From: Candidatus Omnitrophota bacterium | GTDB lineage: Bacteria; Omnitrophota; Omnitrophia; Omnitrophales; Aquincolibacteriaceae | Assembly (NCBI GenBank): GCA_022709525.1 | Contig: JAKLIQ010000006.1 | Coordinates: forward strand, 2,708 to 66,707 | Reading direction: 5' to 3' | Length of the DNA stretch: 64,000 nucleotides | Shown: positions 56,888 to 64,000 of the stretch, piece by piece | Numbering within the stretch: position 1 is the first letter of the stretch | Layout of the letters: the number at the start of each line of letters is the position of its first letter | Notes under the pieces: generated by a model | What the model was told of the DNA's origin: nothing | The model's input: the letters and a program-made list of their open reading frames with translations, nothing else | Database searches by the model: none | Made by a program: the position numbers and the translations under genes

Positions 56888-58636
56888 ATGACAGATCGGA
56901 AAAAATTCCTGCCTATTTCCAAAGAAGACCTCGCCGAACGCGGCTGGTCGGAATGCGACATTATCTTGATCACGGGAGATGCTTATGTCGATCATCCTTC
57001 CTACGGCACGGCGGTGATCGGCCGCGTTCTGGAGGACGCCGGTTTCCGCGTCGGCGTCATCGCGCAACCCGACTGGAAAACTTCCAAAGATTTTCTCGCG
57101 CTCGGCCGGCCCAGGCTCTTTTTCGGGGTTTCGGCTGGCAACCTCGATTCGATGGTCAGCAATTACACCGCTTCCAAGAAGCCGCGCCGTAAGGATGAAT
57201 ACGCGCCCGGCGGCCGGGGCGGCCTTCGTCCTAATCGCGCTTCGATCGTCTACACAAGCAAAGTTAAAGAACTTTTTTCCGGCGTTCCGGTGGTGCTCGG
57301 CGGCATCGAAGCCAGCCTGCGCCGTCTCGCGCATTTCGATTACTGGGATGAAGCGGTGCGCCGCTCCATCCTTCTTGACGCCAAGGCGGACCTTTTGATC
57401 TACGGGATGGGCGAAAAACAGATCGTCGAGATCGCGCGCCGCGCCCGGGACGGAGAAGAGATCAGAAAAATGGCCGATATCCGCGGCACCGTAAGTTTGC
57501 AAAGCGACTCCAAGGGCTTTGAAGACGCGGTCAAACTTCCTTCTTTCGAGGAAGTCAGTGCCGACCCGGAAAAATTCAATCAGGCGTTCAAATTATTTTA
57601 TGCCGAAAATGACCCGGTCCGGGGGAGGCCCGTGATCCAGCCTCACGGCGGCCGGTTCGTGATCCAGCAGCCGCCCGCTTTCCCGCTTACCACTGCGGAA
57701 CTGGACCATATCTACCAATTGCCTTTTGCCCGTGATTGGCATCCTGTTTATGGTAAAGAAAAGATCCCGGGGTTTGAGACGACGCGATTTTCCATTACCT
57801 CCCACCGGGGATGCGCGGGGGAATGTAACTTTTGTTCGCTTTTCGCGCATCAGGGGCGGATCGGCCAGAACCGCAGCAGGGAATCGATCCTTCGTGAAGT
57901 AAAACTTCTGGCCGGGCTGAGGGAATTCAGGGGCACGATCACCGATATCGGCGGCCCGACGGCCAATCTCTACGGCGCCGCGTGCGACCAGTGGGAGACG
58001 GCCGGGGCCTGCAAGAACAAACAATGCATGATGCCCGCGAAATGCAAACAGCTGAAGCTTGGATACCAAAAAACAGTCGAGTTATGGCGCGAAGTCATGA
58101 AGGTCCCCGGCGTGAAGCATCTTTTTATCCAAAGCGGCTTGCGTTACGATCTTTTGATCGATAAAGAGTCCGACCCATACCTTCAAGCACTTTGCCAAAG
58201 CCATGTGGGCGGGCAGTTGAAAGTCGCCCCCGAACATGCCGCCGCACCGGTTCTTCGGCTCATGAACAAGCCTTCCGTCAAGGCGTATGAAAAATTCGCC
58301 GAACGCTTTAAAATGCTCAGTCAGAAAGCGGGAAAAAACCAATATCTCGTTAATTATTGGGTCAGCGCCCATCCCGGAGCGACCCTGAAAGAGGCGCGGG
58401 AGCTTGAAAAATATCTTCAAGCGCATCGTCTCAGGCCCGAGCAGGTTCAGGATTTTATTCCGTTGCCGATGACCGTTTCAGCGTGTATGTATTACACCGG
58501 CAAGCATCCTTTTACGGGGGAGGCGGTGCCGGTCGTGAAAACTTACAAAGAACGCGAAGCCCAGCGGCTGCTTCTTCAGCCGAAAAAGACAAAAGGCCCT
58601 CTTTTGCGCCATCGAAAGGACTATGATGCGGTATGA
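56888..58636 (+). CDS. ygiQ: YgiQ-family (UPF0313) radical SAM protein.
   Basis: N-terminal ITGDAYVDHPSYG. Radical SAM cluster motif SHRGCAGECNFCS. C-terminal YgiQ-specific region. Start taken at MTDRKKF, preceded by GAGG. Confidence 0.85.
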   Translation: MTDRKKFLPISKEDLAERGWSECDIILITGDAYVDHPSYGTAVIGRVLEDAGFRVGVIAQPDWKTSKDFLALGRPRLFFGVSAGNLDSMVSNYTASKKPRRKDEYAPGGRGGLRPNRASIVYTSKVKELFSGVPVVLGGIEASLRRLAHFDYWDEAVRRSILLDAKADLLIYGMGEKQIVEIARRARDGEEIRKMADIRGTVSLQSDSKGFEDAVKLPSFEEVSADPEKFNQAFKLFYAENDPVRGRPVIQPHGGRFVIQQPPAFPLTTAELDHIYQLPFARDWHPVYGKEKIPGFETTRFSITSHRGCAGECNFCSLFAHQGRIGQNRSRESILREVKLLAGLREFRGTITDIGGPTANLYGAACDQWETAGACKNKQCMMPAKCKQLKLGYQKTVELWREVMKVPGVKHLFIQSGLRYDLLIDKESDPYLQALCQSHVGGQLKVAPEHAAAPVLRLMNKPSVKAYEKFAERFKMLSQKAGKNQYLVNYWVSAHPGATLKEARELEKYLQAHRLRPEQVQDFIPLPMTVSACMYYTGKHPFTGEAVPVVKTYKEREAQRLLLQPKKTKGPLLRHRKDYDAV

Positions 58637-59876
58637 CGTGATCGTGATTGGCGGCGGCCCCGCCGGGTTGATGGCCGCGATCTTTGCGAAGCGGAAGGGG
58701 AAAAACGTCCTCATCTGCGAAAAAATGCCGAAGCCCGGGAAAAAACTTCTTGTGACCGGCGCCGGACGGTGCAATCTCTTAAACGACACGCTCGACACTT
58801 CTTTTTATCACCCCGGCGCGGAAAAATTGGTCGCTTCTGTCCTTGAAAAATTCGGCAAGGAAGCCATGCTCGGATTTTTTAAAGAGCTGGGCCTCGCGAC
58901 TTATGCGGATGAAACGGGCCGGATCTTTCCCGCGACCAATCAAGCCGCGTCGGTCTTGAAAATTTTTGAAATGGAATTGAAGCGTTTGAAGATTCCGATA
59001 GAGCTAAATTGTGAAGTTAAAAATATTCATGCTATTCAAGACGGATTTGAGCTGAAATTGTCTAAAACAACCCCCTCACCTTTATCCTCTCCCCCTTCCC
59101 AAAGGGGGAGAGGGCAGGGTGAGGGGAAATGCGCGGATATTAAATGCAACAATGTTATTTTGTGCGCCGGAGGAAAGTCCTATCCCGCGCTTGGCGCCGA
59201 CGGGAACGGCTATGCGCTTGCCGCCGCGTTCGGCCATACGATTCTCGAGCCGGTCCCAAGCACGGTCCCGCTGACGGTAAAAGATCCCTGGTGTCATTTC
59301 CTGCAGGGCCAGAAGATCCGCGCGGCGGTCACCAGTTTCATTCAAGGAAAAAAGACGCGGACAGCTTCCGGCGAGCTGCTTTTTACGCAATATGGGCTTT
59401 CCGGTACGGCCATCCTCGATATCAGCGAAGAGATCTCAGTCGCCATGAACCGCGAGCACATCAAAGGCGTTGCCGTGAAAGCCGACATGGTTCCGTTCAT
59501 GGAAGAAAAAGAACTTCGCGCCGAACTTTCTAGAAGGTCAAGCCGCGGTTTTGCCGGAGCAGAGCTCACGGAAGGATTATTGCCGCCTAAAATAGGGGAT
59601 CTTCTCCGGAGGACGCTTAAAACCTCCGATCCCGCTTCGCTTGCGAAGATCCTCAAAGAAAAAGAATTCCAGATCACCGGCACGCGCGGTTGGAATGAAG
59701 CGGAATTCACGGCAGGCGGGATCCCGCCGCAGGAAGTCGATCCCGCCACTTTAGAGTCCAACCTTCAAAAAAGGCTTTATCTCGCCGGGGAGATCCTGGA
59801 TGTCGGGGGAAGGCGCGGCGGTTACAATCTCGCGTGGGCCTGGGCGAGCGGTGCTGTCGCCGGAAGCGAGGCCTAA
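58623..59876 (+). CDS. NAD(P)/FAD-dependent oxidoreductase of the HI0933/BaiN family, with an in-frame 57-bp palindromic insertion.
   Basis: DVIVIGGGPAGLMAA (GxGxxG), ...VILCAGGKSYPALGADGNGY..., C-terminal GEILDVGGRRGGYNLAWAWASG. Confidence 0.8.
   Translation: MMRYDVIVIGGGPAGLMAAIFAKRKGKNVLICEKMPKPGKKLLVTGAGRCNLLNDTLDTSFYHPGAEKLVASVLEKFGKEAMLGFFKELGLATYADETGRIFPATNQAASVLKIFEMELKRLKIPIELNCEVKNIHAIQDGFELKLSKTTPSPLSSPPSQRGRGQGEGKCADIKCNNVILCAGGKSYPALGADGNGYALAAAFGHTILEPVPSTVPLTVKDPWCHFLQGQKIRAAVTSFIQGKKTRTASGELLFTQYGLSGTAILDISEEISVAMNREHIKGVAVKADMVPFMEEKELRAELSRRSSRGFAGAELTEGLLPPKIGDLLRRTLKTSDPASLAKILKEKEFQITGTRGWNEAEFTAGGIPPQEVDPATLESNLQKRLYLAGEILDVGGRRGGYNLAWAWASGAVAGSEA
59071..59127. repeat. 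Nested C-rich/G-rich palindrome (cccctcacc...ggtgagggg and cctctccccc...gggggagagg) inserted in frame in the oxidoreductase, encoding TTPSPLSSPPSQRGRGQGEG.
   Basis: ccccctcacctttatcctctcccccttcccaaagggggagagggcagggtgagggg. Confidence 0.7.
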
Positions 59877-61038
59877 GTTCTAGTAAGCCAGACCAGTACT
59901 TCGATATGCTTTGTGCGGGGGAACATATCGAAGGGAATAATGTCGCGGATCGTATAACCGCCGCCGGCTAAGATGGTCTTAAGGTCCCGGATCAGGATTT
60001 GAAGGTCGCAGGCCAGATAGACGATATTTTCCGCGACATTCTCTTTCGAGAAAAATTCCGCAAGCGACGATGCGATGCCCTGCCTCGGCGGGTCAAGGAA
60101 TACAAAAGTTTTTTCCTTGCGGTGTGGCAAAATGAACGCGGGAAAACGTTTTTCGACTTTTCCTGGATGAATACCTCCCAGAGGAACCCCTAACGCTTTG
60201 AAATTCTTCTCCACGCACGACATGCTGTAGGGATTTTCTTCAAAACAATGGATCTCGGGAACCGCGGAAGCGGCCAAAAGCGAAAAAGTTCCGACGCCGG
60301 AATAAAGGTCAAGGAACCTTACCGGGCCGGTCTCCCGGACCCACGCCTCAAGCTGTTCGGCGATAAGCTCTGTCACCGCGAGATTATTCTGGAAAAATCC
60401 CATCGAATTTGTCTTCAGGGAACAGGAGCCGACCCGCACGCTGTAGATCTTTTCGTTGTCGCTTGAAAAAATGCGGCCTTCCTCATCCGTTTTAAAGACC
60501 CGTTTTTCCTCATTTTTCCCCAAAGTGTGCTCTTCGGTGAAGATCTTTTTTAAAGCGTCTTCGGCAAGGAGGCAGTTTCCGATCAGGATCACGGAACGGT
60601 TATCGCGGCCGATGAAACCGAGCCGCTGCGGTTTGTTGCCTTTTTGCCGGGTCCGGTGAAGCGTGATGCTATTGCGGTAGCCGTATTCCTTCGGCCCGCG
60701 TTGGATGGGGCGGATCATAGACGGGTCAAGTTTCAGCGCCTGCCGGAAGCTTTCTTTGACTTGCTCTTCTTTCCAGCGGAGCTCTTCTTCATAGGGAAGG
60801 TGCTGGTACTGGCAGCCGCCGCAGGCCTGGATATAGGGGCATGGAGGAGCGATGCGGCAAGGCGAAGGTTCCAGGACGCGGATCAGGCGAGCTTTGGCGT
60901 AATTGGGTTTTTCGTGGACGATGCGGGCGAGGACCTTTTCGCCGGGAAGCGCGCCTTCGACGAAACAGGCTTTTTTATCGATAAACCCTAGGCCGTCTCC
61001 GCCAAAGACCAGTTTTTCGATCGTGAGCTCAACATTCA
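59873..61038 (-). CDS. rlmD: 23S rRNA (uracil-5)-methyltransferase RlmD/RumA family (TRAM domain, Fe-S Cys cluster, class I MTase).
   Basis: Start MNVELTIEKLVFGGDGLGFIDKKACFVEGALPGEKV (TRAM). CPYIQACGGCQYQHL. DLYSGVGTFSL. C-terminal catalytic Cys motif. Overlaps the upstream gene by ATGA. The track ORF runs on to 61165. Confidence 0.8.
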
Positions 61039-61923
61039 TTCCGCATTCCGCACTGTGGCGGGCATCTCTTTCCACCGCCGGTGCCCCCAAAGCCACTGTT
61101 CGGGATATTGACGGATCTGGCGCTCGAGGATCCCGTTCAGCTGTTCCGTTAAGACAGTTTCCCAATCCGGGCGGTTCCTATCCCACGCGACGGCTTTCTC
61201 AGCGTGGATCTCATAGCGGCCCGGCTCTTTTCTCAAACAATAAGCCGGAACCAGGGCGCATCCCGTTTTTTCGGCAAGCCGCGCGGGGATCGAAGTGGTC
61301 GAGGTTTTTTCCCCGAAGAATTCCGTCCAAAGGCCCTCCCGGCCGGCCCATTGATCGATCAGGATCGCCACACCGCGCCCCTTTTTTAGTTCGCTTAAAA
61401 CCGTCCTGATCGAACTGTCTTTTGAGATAGGATTCACGGTCATGACACGGCGCATGTCATTGATCGCTTCATTCAGGTAAGGGTTCTTGATGTCTTTAAC
61501 GACGACGGACCAGGGTTGGCCCGTGAGGAAAGGAAGAAAGGAAAGGTATTCCCATGACCCGAGATGGGAGATAACGAGCACGACACCTTTTTTTTCGGCG
61601 AAGGCCTTTTCCAGCGATTCATTGCCGAAAAGCTTGAAACGGTCCCGCGCTGTTTTTTTGATCTTCCTGACCGTGAAAAGTTCTGTCATGGAAAGCGCGG
61701 CGCTTTGAAATGCCGAACGGGTGATCTGTTTTTTTCTGTTGTCCGGAAGGGCGCTGCCGAAAGCGTAAGTTATGTTCTCAAAAGCGATCTTGCGGCGCTT
61801 GCTCAGAATAAGATAGCTCAGGTCCCCGAACCGCCGCGTGACCCAATCCGTCACTTCGACGGGGAAAAGCGTCGCAAGCGCGGCCAGAAGGCGAACAGCC
61901 CAATATTGAAGACGATAATTCAT
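61035..61923 (-). CDS. LpxL/HtrB-family lipid A biosynthesis (lauroyl/myristoyl) acyltransferase. An alternative start is at 61947.
   Basis: MNYRLQYWAVRLLAALATLFPVEVTDWVTRRFGDLSYLILSKRRKIAFENI is a typical HtrB N-terminus. HxxxxD-like VISHLGSWE. Confidence 0.7.
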
Positions 61924-61980
61924 CAAAGGATCCTTTTTGGAACGCATCCCACTTGATACGACTGTCCAAAAAGCTTCGGG

Positions 61981-62280
61981 CTTGAGCCCTCGGCAACACT
62001 TCGGGAATCCCCGGCGCGGATTCCCTCGTTCAGTCTCACTCCTCGCTCCCTGCTTACGCAGGACCATGCCCGCTCGTTCATTCGAACGTGCCTTAAGCTC
62101 AACCCTTCGCCTTTTCTGCAGGAGTGAAGACGGAAAGTGTGTTTAAGCGACGTAAGGAGGCCCGAGCGCCACGGTTCCATCAAGCGAGGACCGACGCCCC
62201 CGAGTGCCGCCACGGCTCGGTGGGCCGTGGCAAACGTTCACGAAACACACTTTCCGGCGGAATAAATATATTGCTTTGAA
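61981..62280 (-). other. GC-rich structured intergenic segment between the Fe-ADH terminator and lpxL. Candidate 5'-leader or small RNA of unknown class.
   Basis: 13-bp closing stem ggaaagtgtgttt ... aaacacactttcc (62136-62148 with 62239-62251). Internal 8-bp hairpin gccacggc/gccgtggc. Direct repeat cccgagYgcc(gc)cacgg. Hairpin gggaatcc/ggattccc at 62004-62030. Confidence 0.2.
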
Positions 62281-62289
62281 AACGACCGC

Positions 62290-62340
62290 AGGAAGCGGGA
62301 GATAACCTTCCTTCTTGTGAATCGTAGCATAAAACCGGAA
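62290..62340 (-). terminator. Candidate intrinsic terminator downstream of the Fe-ADH gene.
   Basis: Minus strand: ggaagg-ttatctcccg-cttcc hairpin followed by a T-rich tract (gcggtcgttttc). Confidence 0.3.
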
Positions 62341-62347
62341 AAGAGCG

Positions 62348-63463
62348 TCAGAAAATCTCGTTTAAAATGTATTCGACATCCTGGCGGGTAATGGGTTTGG
62401 GATTCGCCGCCGTAGAGCCGGATGCGAGCGTTTCGACGATGATCTTTTCTTTTTCGGCGAGAGGTTTTCCCTTAAAAGGGGAGGTGATCTTCAGGGTTTT
62501 TTGCAGTTCATGGACTTTTTGCAGGAGATCCATGCCGACCGCCTGGCTCATTAAAGCGTATTTCTGGTTGCCGATGGCTTCCAAATTCAGCTTAATGGAA
62601 GGCGTGAAGCAGATCGAACAAATAAGCCCGTGCGGCACATCATAAAGAACGCCGAGCGGGTGCGCGATGCCGTGGATCACGCCGAGGCGCGAATGGGAGA
62701 ACGCAACACCGGATAAAAAACTTCCGAGCATCAACCCTTCCAGATCCTCATCCCGTTGGGCATTGAGGGCCGGAACGAGGTGCCGGCTGATAAGCTGCAT
62801 GGCCTTCAGCGCCATGCTTTCGCTGAACCAGCTCGCGTATTTGGAAATGAAGGATTCATAGGCCTGGACCCAGGCGTCCATGCCCGAATGACACATGACC
62901 TCAAAAGGCAGGCCTTTAAGAAGTTCCGGATCGAGAATGACTTTTTTCGCGGTAAAACTTTTATCGCGGATGGAAAGTTTTGATCTTTTTTCCGGGTTAA
63001 TGATCACGGCGTTGGGGGAGGCCTCGGAGCCGCTTCCAGCCGTGGTTGGGATCGCGATAAAAGGGATCCCTTTTTCCTTTAGCGAGCCGCCTTCCTGATA
63101 ATAGGCGGGAGTTTCTTTGGCGTTAAAAAGACCGGCCGCGGCTTTTGCAAGATCCAAAACGCTTCCGCCGCCGATGCCGGCGATCCAATCAATTTTAACT
63201 TTGCGTCCTTGCGCGATCACGGCGCGGATCTCTTCAAGCGTCGGTTCGCCGTGCGTACGAGAAAAAAATTCCGCGAAGATCCCAACATTCTTAAAGTCAT
63301 TCTCGACTTTGCCTTTGAGGCCGTTCTTTTCGAACGAAGCGCCGTGAACGATCAAACCTTGGGAACCCAATTCCGGGACTTCTTTGGCGAGGTCGGCAAG
63401 GCCGCCTTTTTTAAAGAGGATCTTCGGAGGAATAAGGGTTTCCTGCGGGAAGACGGGATGCAT
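62348..63463 (-). CDS. Iron-containing (group III) alcohol dehydrogenase.
   Basis: IAGIGGGSVLDLAKAAA (GGGSxxDxAK), AIPTTAGSGSE, metal-binding His cluster VIHGIAHPLG. Confidence 0.8.
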   Translation of the reverse strand: MHPVFPQETLIPPKILFKKGGLADLAKEVPELGSQGLIVHGASFEKNGLKGKVENDFKNVGIFAEFFSRTHGEPTLEEIRAVIAQGRKVKIDWIAGIGGGSVLDLAKAAAGLFNAKETPAYYQEGGSLKEKGIPFIAIPTTAGSGSEASPNAVIINPEKRSKLSIRDKSFTAKKVILDPELLKGLPFEVMCHSGMDAWVQAYESFISKYASWFSESMALKAMQLISRHLVPALNAQRDEDLEGLMLGSFLSGVAFSHSRLGVIHGIAHPLGVLYDVPHGLICSICFTPSIKLNLEAIGNQKYALMSQAVGMDLLQKVHELQKTLKITSPFKGKPLAEKEKIIVETLASGSTAANPKPITRQDVEYILNEIF

Positions 63464-63810
63464 CAGTATTTGATGATAACTGCGGTCACGACAAGGTCTT
63501 CGTTGCCGGCATTACGGATCGAATGGGAAGCGCCTTGCCCGGTAAGGATCGCGTCGCCGGCCGCGACGGGGAATTCTTTGCCGCCGTCGGTCATGATGCC
63601 GCGGCCTTTTTGGATGATGTAGATCTCATCTTCATCCACATGGTCGTGAACGCCGATGCTTGTGCCGGGAGGGAGAATGAGCTCCGAGCAAAGCCGTGTC
63701 CGCGCCTTGATCTCTTCCGGTTTGAAATAATGCCGGACGGTGATCTCGCCCGTGCCGCCGCGCATGTTCTTGCGGACTTCCGTTTCGCGTTCGGACGATT
63801 TTTTAATCAT
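63463..63810 (-). CDS. Cupin-domain protein.
   Basis: GVHDHVDEDEIYIIQKGRGIMTDGG...GDAILTGQGASHSIRNAGNEDL (cupin motifs 1 and 2). Confidence 0.65.
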   Translation of the reverse strand: MIKKSSERETEVRKNMRGGTGEITVRHYFKPEEIKARTRLCSELILPPGTSIGVHDHVDEDEIYIIQKGRGIMTDGGKEFPVAAGDAILTGQGASHSIRNAGNEDLVVTAVIIKY

Positions 63811-64000
63811 GTCGCACCCAAATCAGCGCCCGGCTCTCGTGAGGGCCGGGCATTGGAAAAGGACCGTTAAGGTTTAAAAAGGAAATTCTTGAATCCCCAG
63901 GGATTTTTCTTATCCAGATGCGAGTTCGGGTTTTCGGGGAAGAAGACCTGATAATTCTTAAAAGGCGTCCAGTCGTAAGCTTCGGAAATGAAGGTGCCAA

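Noticed and set aside
59873-62067. Long N-terminal extensions of rlmD (to 61165) and lpxL (to 62067) suggested by the ORF track.
   Set aside because: The family-typical N-termini start at MNVELTIEKL (TRAM domain) and MNYRLQYW (HtrB-like). The extensions overlap the upstream gene or the structured intergenic region and lack conservation.
61981-62280. tRNA, tmRNA, RNase P RNA or SRP RNA in the structured intergenic segment.
   Set aside because: There is no tRNA-like T-arm with a CCA-proximal acceptor stem, no GGAAAGUCCGG or ACAGAA RNase P cores, and no SRP domain IV AGGUCAGG...GGAAGCAGC motif. It is left as an unclassified structured region.
1-64000. CRISPR array formed by the GGGACTCG repeats.
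   Set aside because: The units are 8-14 bp, arranged as palindromic direct and inverted clusters, with no regularly sized unique spacers and no cas genes. They behave like MITE or REP elements, not CRISPR repeats.
1-64000. Prophage, integron or IS element as the source of the accessory content.
   Set aside because: No integrase, transposase, recombinase, phage structural genes or attC-like sites were recognised. The mobile-looking content is confined to non-autonomous miniature repeats.

Overview
This 64-kb bacterial chromosomal segment is about 55% GC and carries ordinary housekeeping genes: a split transketolase, thyA-folA, Fe/Mn superoxide dismutase, a GldA/F/G-like ABC transporter, an MqnD-like futalosine-pathway gene, NUDIX, BI-1, YgiQ and RlmD. 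Two giant + strand genes dominate it, at 3222-18698 (about 5,160 aa) and 36061-56841 (about 6,920 aa). Between them they take up 57% of the window. Both giants share (i) an N-terminal signal/anchor followed by a roughly 500-aa domain with TraB/GumN/Tiki-like His motifs (HIQEAH ... TGGFH[TS][DE]G), which a divergent 703-aa stand-alone paralogue (855-2966, minus) also carries, and (ii) a roughly 180-aa C-terminal domain ending ...NFLN[IL]AG...SA. Between these termini each giant carries a different string of otherwise free-standing enzyme or signalling modules. Giant 1 has a REC receiver, a TM-anchored beta-rich (CBM-like) region, a GT35 alpha-glucan phosphorylase with the EASxTSxMK PLP-lysine site, a UDP-glucose 6-dehydrogenase (GFGGSCFPKD) and a nucleoside-diphosphate kinase. 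Giant 2 has a methyltransferase-like Rossmann module, two GNAT-like modules, a Hef/RIG-I-like SF2 helicase (PTGLGKT/DEAH/TASP/QRQGRVSR), an HPr-like phosphocarrier (NPNGIHLRPAA), a second internal TraB/Tiki-like domain (IGDIHTHPD ... VITGSLHLP), a RelE/ParE-like fold and an arginase/deacetylase-fold module. The modules are separated by a short linear motif, R-S-E-[AILMVT]-R, which occurs about 27 times across the two proteins (expected <0.1 by chance) and is encoded with varied codons. This points to a polyprotein-like or cassette-built architecture. The giant genes show internal GC mosaicism. A family of palindromic GGGACTCG/CGAGTCCC miniature repeats is spread through the window. Copies lie in intergenic islands, at the 3' ends of several small genes where they supply C-terminal tails and stop codons, and in frame inside both giant genes, the 703-aa paralogue's relatives and mqnD. 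There are no rRNA or tRNA genes, CRISPR arrays, transposases or integrases.
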